Source: Octopus sinensis (Eukaryota). Taken from it: DNA of 64,000 nucleotides. Below are positions 11,221 to 22,469 of the stretch, one piece after another; the stretch's first letter is position 1; each line of letters begins with the position of its first letter. A program made the translations under genes and the position numbers. The stretch lies in NCBI RefSeq assembly GCF_006345805.1, contig NC_043004.1, positions 30,938,001-31,002,000 on the forward strand, written 5' to 3'. The notes beneath the pieces are model-generated. The model was not told the origin of the DNA. It was given only the letters and a program-made list of their open reading frames with translations, and did not search any database.

Positions 11221-11850
11221 CAGAAGGGGGAAATAATCACACAATTCAAAAATTCTCCAACACTGACATGCCATTAAGGAATAGGAAAGATTCATAGTCT
11301 GAAGATAAGAGGATAGTCATGGACAAGTGTTTCTGCATCAATAGATATCATCAGCATGACAATAATCCTAACCTATTTCCAGTAGCCAAGGGAATTAAAA
11401 ATGCAAAAAAGGGTATATATTTCTTTACTACCCACAAGGGGCTAAACACAGAGGGGATAAACAAGGACAGACAAAGGGATTAAGTCGATTACATCGACCC
11501 CAGTGCGTAACTGGTACTTAATTTATCAACCCTGAAAGGATGAAAGGCAAAGTCGACCTCGGCGGAATTTGAACTCGGAACGTAACGACAGACGAAATAC
11601 GGCTAGGAATTTCGCCCGGTGTGCTAACGTTTCTACCAAAGCATTTATGACCCAGGTGATTTGCATAATTTAACAAAAATGAACTAGGAGAAATAATTCA
11701 GACTGGCCAGTGGGATGTATTGATATCCAATGAAGCAGAAACAAGTGTCCTTGAGTGTCTTCTAATCTCCAGACGATAAATCTGTCCATTTCCTTAATGG
11801 CATGTCAGCTTTAGAGAATACTTGATCCTTGAGATTACCCCCTCTTCTCA
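11221..11850. repeat. Old inverted repeat (~130 bp arms) enclosing a SINE
   Basis: CTGACATGCCATTAAGGAA...GATATCA at 11264-11350 matches the reverse complement of 11722-11808. Confidence 0.7.
11418..11640 (-). mobile_element. SINE family A (first monomer of the dimeric form)
   Basis: GAAAGGATGAAAGGCAAAGTCGACCTCGGCGGAATTTGAACTCGGAACG with tail CCCACAAGGGGCTAAACACAGAGGGG. Confidence 0.85.
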
Positions 11851-12101
11851 CATGGAGGTGGTTTTAATTGCCATTTGGTAATAGGATACATCTTCTAGAA
11901 GTGCAGATAATTTTTAATAAATCAAGAATTTATGTTTTGTAACACTTGACATCTAAAATTGTGTGTGCATGTAGATGTGTGTCTGTGTGCATGCATGTGC
12001 GTGTGTGCACATGTGTATGTGTGTGTACATGTGTACATATTTGATATGCCTATATTAATCTATCTGTCTCTCTGTCTGTTTATCTATATAGACAGGCAGA
12101 C

Positions 12102-12179
<78 letters not shown>

Positions 12180-12218
12180 GCAGGCAGGCAGGCAGACAGA
12201 CAGACCAGACAGACAGAC

Positions 12219-12301
<83 letters not shown>

Positions 12302-12529
12302 CTGATAGATAGATATTTTCACTTAAATTATATAAATTGCATGGGCCATGAATAAGTTCTATTTGTTTTGTCTTTGTCTAAGTTTTTTTTTTTCCTAGAG
12401 GAAAGGTTGGACAATTGTTGTACAGATGAAGCATAGTAGTTGAGGTAAATAGATGTGCATGCATGTGTGTATAAACACATGCATACAGATATATATATAC
12501 CAGAGTAAGCACATAAATGTGAAGCAAGG

Positions 12530-12760
12530 TGGGGAATATAGTACTCAAATACCAGAGGTAGAGTAATATGCTTCATTATTACAGCTGCAAAAACATCACA
12601 AGAATATCACAAAAAACTGCTACTCAGAGTTTCACATTCCCGTTTGTTGGACAGTTGTGATTAAGAATCTTAATCACAACTGTCTGACAAACAGCTACAT
12701 GAAACTCTGAGTAGCAGTCTTTTGTATTATTTTTGTGATGTTTTTGCTGCTTTAACAGAT
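12530..12760. mobile_element. Palindromic element with a decayed hammerhead-like motif in each arm
   Basis: Arms ~12584-12665 and ~12668-12750; right arm ACTGT-CTGACAA-...-GAA-ACTCTGAGT-A-GCAGT, left arm (minus) ACTGT-CCAACAA-ACG-GGAA-TGT-GAA-ACTCTGAGT-A-GCAGT. Confidence 0.7.
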
Positions 12761-12794
12761 ATACATATCTGGTGGCACACAATAAGCACCATTC

Positions 12795-13040
12795 ATGCAT
12801 GTGTCATTGCCAGTGCTGCATGACTGGTTCCCCATACCGGTGGCACGTAAAAAGCACTATCCAAATGTGACCCATGCCAGTACTGCTTTACTGGTGGCAC
12901 GTAAAAAGCACCCACTACACTCATGGAGTGGTTGGCATTACAAAGGGCATCTAGCTGTAGAAACATTGCCAGTCCCCTGTTAAACCATCCAACCCATGCC
13001 AGCATGGAAAACGGACGTTAAGCGATGATGATGATGATGA
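12795..13040 (+). mobile_element. RTE LINE 3'UTR fragment
   Basis: GGTGGCACGTAAAAAGCAC repeats, GGAGTGGTTGGC...GGGCATCTAGCTGTAGAAAC, (GAT)n tail; same as the 3'UTR following the RTE ORF end at 46879. Confidence 0.85.
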
Positions 13041-13429
13041 TATATATATATATATATATATATATGTGAATGTATGTATTCATGTTGGTAATATATATCC
13101 TATTGGAAAGTGCCTATGTCCTACAACAGGGACCTTACTAACTATTTGAACTTATTCATTATTCTCATATTCATGTCCCACCCGGGTTTTTATATGAAAT
13201 TAGGATCCATCAAATTCTCTGTCACTATGGAATATCTGTCGATAGTTTATACTTCTGGTTTATTAATGCCAATATCTTAAATGTTTTTAACCTCCAACTG
13301 AAAATGGTAACTAGCAATATCAATACTAATTCTGTGAATATGTTATTGATATTTGCTATGAAGAGTCATGTCTGATTACTATATTTTCTCAAACTCAATA
13401 TTATATTTCTATGATTGCATCATATAGAT

Positions 13430-13620
13430 CAGTATTTTTCAGCCAGTTTGATTCATATTTTACTCCAATAGACCCTCATAATCATTCAATGTTTTAAAAA
13501 ATCCTATTGCATTTTTTATAATTAAATATTAAAAGAACTAATTCATTTGCAGATAAATTTTAATGACAAAATTTTATATAGACCCCTAAGGGCCATATGG
13601 ACCCTAATTGAGAACCACTG
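13430..13620. mobile_element. hAT-like MITE
   Basis: Ends CAGTATTTTTCA / TTGAGAACCACTG; internal sequence homologous to 61000-61177. Confidence 0.5.
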
Positions 13621-14134
13621 ATATTGATGCAAACCAAAGACAAGTCACATACCCAACTCCCACCCCAATGAATGAGATATTTGTACTAAAACCTTGTTGA
13701 ACTAAGGGCTATGAGGATACAATATGTGATATAGTACATTGGTTTCTGTAGGTGCAAGGCCTCAGATTTACAGATAAGTGAAAGTGATAATGTAGTGATG
13801 GTCATATCTTTTATTAAAGCATTATGACATGAGTAATCATCTGGTGGTCAAGTTTGCAATCACATTAATTTTTCATGATCCCACATAGCATTCATGTGGT
13901 CAGTGAGAAGATATTTCATATTCATACAATGTTGGTCAATGAGTCAATTGCAGTACTTTTGCTAGGCAGCTGACCTGTATATGTCTATGTCAAAGGAATA
14001 TATCAATAATGGGAATATATCACTAATGACTCTTTACTTTGCTTTGCTCTCCAGTAACATCCTGCAAAACACCTGTTTCTTTCTCTCTCTCCCTCTCTCT
14101 CCCCCTCTCTCTCTCCCTCTCTCTCTCTCTCCCC

Positions 14135-14165
<31 letters not shown>

Positions 14166-14294
14166 GATTGTTAGAAGATTGCCATTACATACGTACATAC
14201 ATGCATCAGAATATATAAGGAGTTTTCGTCAAATGACAAAGTAATAAGTATGTCTTATTTGTGCTGTATTTAGTTTATCACTAAAACTCTAGCT

Positions 14295-15063
14295 TGAACT
14301 GCAACTGAAAGGAACAGGAAATATCAACCAAATACCTGATGCATGAAAGGAACAGAGATGCAGAAAAACAGTAAAGGTGACAACCAATGTGGACTTTGTG
14401 GAGTTAACACCAAAGATATCCCCCACACCATAAGCAGTTGTCCAAAAATGTCATCACGGTATTATCTACCAATGGGACATGATGTTGTAGCTAGGACAAT
14501 ATCCATCAAAAGGATAACCCCAAGAACAAAGAAATAAGAACCCACAGTATGGTGGAAACCATAAGAAAACGGTGTACTAGTGGAATGTCACAGTGAAAAC
14601 CTCAATGACATGTAAATATAACAGACCTGACATAATGATTTGGGGCAGAGAAGAGAAATTGTGTACAGCTGTTGAAATCAGCTGCCCAGCGGATGCTAAC
14701 ATAAAGCTGAAGATCAGTGTAAAAGAGAATACCTACACTGAACTATTGGGATATCTGCAGTTATTTTATCCAGATTACAAGTTCTAGTTTATACCTGTAA
14801 TTATTGGAGCACTGGGATATGTGACACACTGCCTAAATATCAATCGTAAGAAATTAGGCTTCTCAAAACCAGAAAGAACAAAGATCCAAGTCATCACTGG
14901 AACTGCAAAAACCTGTAAAACTTTCCAGAGGTTTAGCATTTAAGTATATATGAGCATGTCTAGATATGCAAGTATATGCATCAGAAGACATACATAAAAA
15001 AAATCTGCATGTCTACATACATACATACATACATACATACATACATACATACATACATACATA
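14295..15063 (+). mobile_element. R4-like LINE 3' fragment (CCHC knuckle, RLE, 3'UTR), interrupted by Tc1
   Basis: CGLCGVNTKDIPHTISSC zinc knuckle, GHDVVAR, RPDIMIWG...EISCPAD; the 3'UTR resumes at 16691-16800 after the Tc1. Confidence 0.9.
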
Positions 15064-16690
15064 CATTGGCGGCCAAAATGTTCAGAACGGCACTGTTTTC
15101 ATCAGAAAAGTAGATATAATTTTTTATCAAAGTTGTTTTATATTCTATAATTTTCACAGACAATAAATACGATATTATTTGTTATTGGCTGAGATTTTGG
15201 TGTAATTTGAGAGGATAATACAAAAGTTATGGATGATTTAGTGATTTACTGCAAAACCCATGGCGGCCAAAATGATCAGAACGGTTGCTTTTACTCCATA
15301 TTTTAGTATATTTAACCGGAGAACTCTAATGTTTTGAATTTGTTTACATGACGGCTCGTTTACTAAACATTAGTAAGAATATTTGCAGTGTACTTTGTTA
15401 ATATAATGCCACTTACTCCGTTACCAATTCGTCAGCAGATTATTAAGCTTCGAAGGAAGGATAATTTAAGTATTGGATCTATTGCAAAGATTGTTAACAA
15501 GTCAAAAAGTGTGGTACACGGTATTCTTAAGGTCTACGATGATTGTGGTTCATGTGAAGCAAGAAAGTTCACAGGTAGGCCAAGAAAAACGACCAAGAGA
15601 GAAGATCGTGCTATGGTAAAGTTGGTTAAAAAGGACAGATTTAAAACTGCTGCTGCTGTTTATTGGAAAATGAGTATTGTATTGAAGAAAACTTTATCTC
15701 GAAAAACTGTCTCGTCGTTTAGTTGAACATGACCTACAAGCAAGAGCACCTGCAGTGAAGCCACTGATCAGCTCCAAGAATAAAAAGTGTCGTCTTACCT
15801 TTGCAACCGAACATGTTTTGTGGTCTCAAGAAAAATGGCAAACGGTGCATTTCAGTGATGAATCTAAGTTTATGCTATTTGGCTCAGATGGGAAAAGGTA
15901 CGTTCGTAGAAAAGTAGGTGAAAAATTGTCACCTAAATGCCTTAATACTAGTGTTAAATTCGGTGGAGGAAGTGTCATGGTTTGGGGAATGATATCTGGA
16001 GATGGTGTGGGCCCTTTGGTGCGATTACATGGAAAGTTAAATGCAGGAGTTTATAAACAACTTGTAAAAGATCATGTCTTGCCTGTGCTGAGAAATTCAA
16101 CTAAGCGACCACCCATATTCATGCAGGACAATGTCCAATGTCACACGGCTAAGGTGGTCATGAACTTCCTCAAGGCTGAAAAGGTTATTGTTATGGATTG
16201 GCCAGCTCAAAGCCCAGATCTCAATCCTATTGAAAATGTGTGGAATATTCTAGGAGAACGTTCGAAAGCCAGAAATCCTAAAACAACTGAGCAATTATGG
16301 AATGCCCTTCAGGAAGAATGGAATAAGATCACCCAGCAAGAAATTGAAAATTTAATTTCCTCATGCAGTCGAAGATGTCAGAGTGTGATTGAAGCTAAAG
16401 GGCTTCACACTAAATATTAAATAATTCCAGTATTCTCTGTCATTTTTTATTATTTTGTTATTTTTTCAACCGTTCTGATCATTTTCGCCGCCATGGGTTT
16501 TGCAGTAAATCACTAAATCATCCATAACTTTTGTATTATCCTCTCAAATTACACCAAAATCTCAGACAATAACAATTAATATTGTATTTATTGTCTGTGA
16601 AAATTATAGAATATAAAACAACTTTGATAAAAACTTATACTTACTTTTCTGACAAAAACAATGCCGTTCTGAACATTTTGGCCGCAACTG
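15064..16690 (+). mobile_element. Tc1-family DNA transposon, IR/DR type, full length (1627 bp)
   Basis: 224 bp TIRs (15064-15287, 16467-16690), each with outer and inner GCGGCCAAAATG.TCAGAACGG direct repeats; TA TSDs at 15062-15063 and 16691-16692. Confidence 0.97.
15406..16420 (+). pseudogene. Tc1 transposase (DD34E), single frameshift near 15712
   Basis: Paired-like HTH and GRPRK motif in 15406-15726; FSDESKF, FMQDN, WPAQSPDLNPIENVW in 15755-16420, with 34 residues between the second D and E. Confidence 0.95.
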
Positions 16691-16804
16691 TACATACATA
16701 CATACATACATACATACATACATACAAAACTACCCTTTTGCTGATGAAGGAGCCTTGGATCTAGGTTATAAACTGGATCTTTCTCTATTGGCAAGAAATA
16801 TTTG

Positions 16805-16880
16805 TATTGTGTTCTTGAGCAAAAACATTTCATTTCACGTTGCTCTGTGATAATTTCATCATTTGACATGTGACACATGG
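16805..16880 (+). mobile_element. SINE family D body fragment
   Basis: TTGTGTTCTTGAGCAAAAACATTTCATTTCACGTTGCTC. Confidence 0.6.
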
Positions 16881-16995
16881 AGGGAGTGAGCTTATGGGAA
16901 CATAAACATTTGATCACTATGAACAAATCATCTGTGTAGTTGTTTGGCAAGAAATTGTCAAACCCTCATACATTGTCTAACAACGGGAGAGTCCA

Positions 16996-17036
<41 letters not shown>

Positions 17037-17037
<1 letters not shown>

Positions 17038-17276
17038 AATATTAGGGATAAATCCAAATTTACAGGGAAAAAAATCAGATTTAGGATTAAATCCAATTTT
17101 ATAGTAAAATATTATAAAATATTATTAGAGACAAAACCACTATTTTGCAAAACAAACAAGAAAGACTTAATCAATACATAAAATTTTAATAATAGTCAAA
17201 ACTATTTATTAAAATTTTATGTATTGATTAAGTCTTTCCTTGTTTGTTTTGCAAAATAGTGGTTTTGTCTCTAATA

Positions 17277-17285
<9 letters not shown>
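17037..17285. mobile_element. Short palindromic copy of the 44751-45205 family (no hammerhead)
   Basis: Same outer end (ATTAGGGATAAATCCAAATTTACAGGG), arms ~17121-17196 and ~17201-17284, inside (TA)n. Confidence 0.85.
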
Positions 17286-17313
<28 letters not shown>

Positions 17314-17409
17314 ATGTGTGTGTGTGTGCGTGTGTGTGTGTGTATTTGTTGTGGGGGTGAGAGAGATTTAAGTGAAACATTTGTAACAATATATTGCAGT
17401 GTTTCTTAA

Positions 17410-18496
17410 CCCTTTCATTATCAAACCGCCCAAAGCCGCCCGATAAAATTTTGGTTAATGTGACCAAACCGCCCAAACCCGCCCATATTTACCTATTCAT
17501 ATTTAAATGAGAATATCAGAGCAAATCTTTTTAGTACATTCGTGAAAACATGTGATTATACTTCGTAAACAGTTCATCTACAGTTTTCTACAATGATCGA
17601 AGTGTAATTTTAATTCCGTGAATTTTGGGAGATTTTTTTCCGAAATTTGTTCCTATTGTGTTTTCAAAATTTGTAATTCTGACAAAAAATAGATACGAAT
17701 TTCATTATATCAAGCAGCGAGTCAGAATTCGAAGGCTTTTCTACTGAAGACCTTGATAAATCTAACTCTATGACTGAAAAAAAATGCACGAGGTATTTGA
17801 TAATGAATCCGATGTTTCATTTTCCGAAAGTGAAAACAGTGAATCCGAGAGCTCCGACAGTGATAAAGAAAATTAATTGGCACCTGAATGGAGTGAAAAT
17901 TTAAAAACTGTTTCTTTCGGTGATTTTTCTGAAGAAACTGGACCAAGCCACAGTCTTTTCCAGGAGAGTAAAACCTTAGACCATTTCTATTTACTTTTTC
18001 GAATGAACCTATTTGAAATCATTACGGCGGAAACGAACCGTTACGCTAAATGTAAACAAAGCGAAAGAAAGGATAGTTTGTGGTTTCCCACAACCTTAAA
18101 TGAAATTAAGGCCTATTTTGCCATAAATATTATTATGGGTATCAGAAAGTTACCCAGAATAACAAATTCTATAGTAAAATTTTGTTGTATACCCAATTGA
18201 ATATTAGCTAATAACCCATTTTCTATAGCGATGTTTGAACAAAAATTTTAATAATTTTATATTTTGTTGAATTTACCTGTATCTACCTGCAATTAGAGTC
18301 ACTTTGTGACTAAAATTATAGTATAGAATTGGTTGAGAACATTTCATTGAATTATCTTCCAAAAATCAGATTAATATATTGATAAATAAAAAAGTTATAG
18401 TTGTTTAATGAAACCAGACTAAATTTATGATTATGTTAGAAATTAATTGAAACACATAAGGGGTGTATTTTGGTCAGAAATATAGTAACGAAAGGG
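17410..18496 (+). mobile_element. piggyBac internal-deletion derivative
   Basis: TTAA|CCCTTTCATTAT ... GTAACGAAAGGG|TTAC; ORF 17877-18200 has piggyBac N-terminal motifs (FEIITAETNRYA, TTLNEIKAYFAINIIMGIRKLP). Confidence 0.85.
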
Positions 18497-18565
18497 TTAC
18501 CTTTTTAACTGTCACACCACTTCTTTTACTGACACTGAGCCATACACTTTCACAGGAGGAATTAA

Positions 18566-18785
18566 CACTTTAGCAATTAATCCGGCCATATCTGGACCAA
18601 ATATTCTACCTTTTTTATGTTAAAACAGACCAGATCCAACCTCTTACACCTACCCTACAATGTCATTCTAAAAAATACATAAACAATCATTAAAATGTTG
18701 AAGCTACACGATGATGTGTGATTAATTCAAAACAATGTGAATAAATAAGCAATACATTTCACAAAGAAATCTTAATGCTAATGGG
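18566..18785. mobile_element. TTAA-flanked piggyBac-type MITE
   Basis: TTAA|CACTTTAGCA...TGCTAATGGG|TTAA; second copy at 27203-27424. Confidence 0.85.
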
Positions 18786-18810
18786 TTAATGAGAGAGAGA
18801 GACAGGAAAC

Positions 18811-19215
18811 TATTATACTTTTCTACTCTAAGCACAAGGCCCAAAGTTTTGGGGGAGGGGACAGTCGAATATATCAACCTCAGTATGCAACTGGTACATA
18901 ATTTATTGACCCCCGAAAGGGTGAAAGGTAAAGTCATCTTCGGTGGAGTTTGAACCTAGAACGTAAAGACAGACGAAATACCTATTTCTGTACTACCCAC
19001 AAGGGGCTAAACACAGAGAGGACAAACAAGGACAGGCAAACGATCAAGTCAATTATAGTAACCCCAGTGTTCAACTGGTACTTAATTTATCGACTCGGAA
19101 AGGATGAAAGGCAAAGTTGACTTCGGCGGAATTTGAACTCAGAACGTAAAGACAGATGAAATACCACCAAGCATTTTGCCCAGCGTGCTAACATTTCTAC
19201 CAGCTTGACACCTTA
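18811..19215 (-). mobile_element. Dimeric SINE family A
   Basis: Two B-box plus Nin-like units joined at GAAATAC/CTATTTCT (~18975-18990); same structure at 63290-63691. Confidence 0.8.
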
Positions 19216-19394
19216 ACAAGAAACTATTATAAGCAAGACAAGCAGGAATTAGGATCAGCAAATCGAAACTGAAATATTATTTTAGAGATGCAAGACTAGA
19301 GTTCCTCTTCACTATGTAATAACAAGCACAAACCAAGTTCCTCTCCACTACACAATAACAGGCACAAACCCTGTGTCAGAATTTACTCCTTAAC

Positions 19395-19730
19395 TCTTTT
19401 ATTTGCTTCAGTCATTTGACTGTGGCCATGCTGGAGCACCGCTTTTAGTCAAAGGAATAATTTTTTTGCAAAGCCTGGTATTTACTCTGTTGTTTTATTT
19501 TGCTAAACTATTAAGTTATGGGGATGTAAACACACCATCACCTGTTGTCAAGCAGTGGTGGAGCACAAATATGTAGACACACACACACACACATAAAGAC
19601 ACACACACATGTGCGCATGTACGCTCACACACACACACACACCACATACACACACACATACACACACACACACATACACACGCACACATATGACAGGCTT
19701 CTTTCAGTTTTCCCTCCACCTGACACACAC
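19395..19730 (-). mobile_element. SINE family B, partial
   Basis: TTTCAGTC-like 3' end, GCCATGCTGGAGCACC, internal (CA)n, CAGGCTTCTTTCAGTTT. Confidence 0.75.
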
Positions 19731-20439
19731 ACTCACATATATACAAATATGTGTGTGTGTGTATCTATAAATACATATATGTATATATGTATGTATGTAT
19801 GAATGTATGTACGAATGTATGTATGTATGTACGTACATACGTACATATGTATGTATGTATGTATGTATGTTCTTCTCTTTCTCTTTTTAATGTAGAGTAA
19901 ATCTTGACTGCCACCTACTTGGTAACAAGGTTGTGAAGGAAAGTATCTTCTTTTAACTATTATTCTTTAAATGTTAAGGAGGTCTTGCAAATTTTTATTA
20001 TCTACATATGTGTATATATGGGCATTTAAATAAATATAAATACATATATGTATTTATATGTATGTATGTATGTATGTGTGTGTGTATGTATGTATGTATG
20101 TATGTATGTATGTATGCATGTATGCATGCATGTATGTATGTATGTATGCATGAAGGTAGGTAGGTAGGTAGGTAGGTAGGTAGTAGGTAGGTAGGTAGGT
20201 AGGTAGGTAGGTAGGTAGGTAGGTAGGTAGGTAGTAGGCTGGTATGTGCATCAGTGTATGTGTATCTGATTCTGTATATAAAACCATTTATAATCACAGC
20301 CATACCTATATATGAATACATTCATATTTTACATTTTATTAGATATTTAAACAATTATTGATTTCATCTTTGTAATCCTTTCGGAATTATTTTGTGACCC
20401 ATTTTGTGTGATGACCTATAGACCGGGAACCTCTGCTCT

Positions 20440-20650
20440 GTGTTAATCACATGAAGTGGTAGAAATAGCAGCCAAATTTCCCTCAAATTACACACTATTG
20501 TTTTAGACAAGGTACACATTTCCAGCAATGTCTACCTTCTCAAAGTTATATACTGCATGAAAAAGTTGAGTTGGTCATTGGTGAAAACATCTTTGATCAT
20601 AGGACTGCTCAAACCAGGCCAGCCTGGGGCTAAACAACAACAAAAAACAC
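20440..20650 (+). mobile_element. SINE/LINE 3' end with (CAA)n tail
   Basis: TGATCATAGGACTGCTC...CCTGGGGCTAAACAACAACAA; related tail at ~43710-43780. Confidence 0.45.
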
Positions 20651-21181
20651 ATGTATTCAATGTCAGGTGTAACCTGATATCCACATTTTTCCAACACATT
20701 AGCACTACATTGTATTAACATGTTGAAACATATCAAAAGGAAGTACATCCAACATACAATATAAGCAGACAAGAATGTTTCAAAGATTCTAAGAACTAAG
20801 GAAATTATTCCAAAAATAAATAAATAAAGAAGAAAATAAAAAATAAATAAAACAAAGAATCTTGCCATTCCAGCTTATAATATGTTTGTCTTTTAGTGTC
20901 TCTGATTATATTAGAATTGTGAAGTAAGTACATATCTGTGAAGAGAGAAATAAACTTGGCAAACATTCAGCAAAGAACGATAGAAATCTCTTGCAGATTT
21001 AAAGATATCTTTGAAACCTATCTAGCAAAAGGTAAAATACTGTAACAGTATTGTCAGGGAAGGAGGGTCGGCTAGATAACAAGAGATAAATGCAGAGACA
21101 GATAAAGATATTATATATACATACACACACACATATACACACTATACATATACACACACACATATATATATATATACATAT

Positions 21182-21218
<37 letters not shown>

Positions 21219-22110
21219 TACATACATACATATACATATATATATATAGATAGATATAGATATATATATATATATATATATGCATGTATGTATGTATGTA
21301 TGTTTGTATGTATGTATGTATGTATGTATATGTATGTATATGTATAAAAGGTGAGAGAAATGGATAGATTAAGAGATAGGGTAAAAGTAATGAGAGATAA
21401 CAGAGAGGGTTGTATGTATATATAAATATATATATGTATACACACATATGTGTGTGTGCACATATGCACCCACAGACTCACACAGGGAGTGTGGTGAGAG
21501 GAAATGCTATAAAAATATAAAGTAACAGTTACATCTGAAATATGGAAACAAAATAAATACCTAACAATAAACCTAATTGACTGAATCACTCCTAGATATG
21601 TTTGAGTTGTTTTTCCTTTTTTATAATTTCTTAGCACTGCCCAAATATAACTTGGACTTAAGGGCGTAAAATGTTATGCATGTATGTATACTCATACTAC
21701 ACCTGAATACACACATACACACATACATACACACACACATACATACACACACACATACATACACACACACATACACACACACATACATACACACACACAT
21801 ACACACACACTTATAACATGAACTAAAAACATGATTGTTGACCAATGAATTTGTATCTTAAAAGAGCCACATTCCTACTTTAAAAACAAACTATTTTTAT
21901 CGCAACAGCTAGAATGGACATATTTCACAACACAGCTCCATATACTATACACTTCGGAAAATTTGATATGAAACCAGTCAAGTGTATTCCTATACTTTAA
22001 AATATAATTAAATTCTAATTAATACTAATATATTCTCTGTGCATTTTCACCTTCATTTCTTATGTGTGTGCATGTATACATACATACATACATACATATA
22101 TATATATATA

Positions 22111-22467
22111 TAAGTTCAGCAAAATTTAGATTCAGATGAATATGGTTCTTAAGTTAAAGGCACCAGAATTTTGTATGGTATTATCCATATAAATCAAATG
22201 TGGTGATTATAATCAAAATAAGCAACAAGGATATCCAAGGTAGAGTAGTACAATTGTTTCATGCTACTTCATTTTATTAAACACTGTAAATATTACATCA
22301 GTTTTAAAATGTCGAGCAATCTTCAGCCACTTATAGAATTTTCCAATTAAATGGACAATGCACATTCTTATTCCTATTTCATTTGCCAACATTATAAAGA
22401 AGGTAGATATATAGACAGAGAGGTTGATTTCATTCTTAATTGGAAAATTCTGTAAGTGGCTGAAGAT
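22111..22467 (-). mobile_element. Penelope-like non-coding element with hammerhead and truncated inverted arm
   Basis: Starts at (TA)n; hammerhead at 22244-22331; inverted repeat 22319-22350 / 22436-22467. Confidence 0.75.
22244..22331 (-). ncRNA. Type I hammerhead motif with 49 nt loop II
   Basis: AGTGG-CTGAAGA-TTGCT-[49 nt]-AGCAT-GAA-ACAATTGT-A-CTACT; stem I 5 bp, palindromic stem III. Confidence 0.75.
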
Positions 22468-22469
22468 TT

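Noticed and set aside
16741-16785. CTGATGA in the R4 3'UTR as a hammerhead core
   Set aside because: Other copies read CCAATGA; this one is explained by a local deletion, and GAAA is absent (TAAA).
20575-20868. 97 aa hydrophobic ORF
   Set aside because: Hydrophobicity comes from an A-rich low-complexity tract; no family motif.
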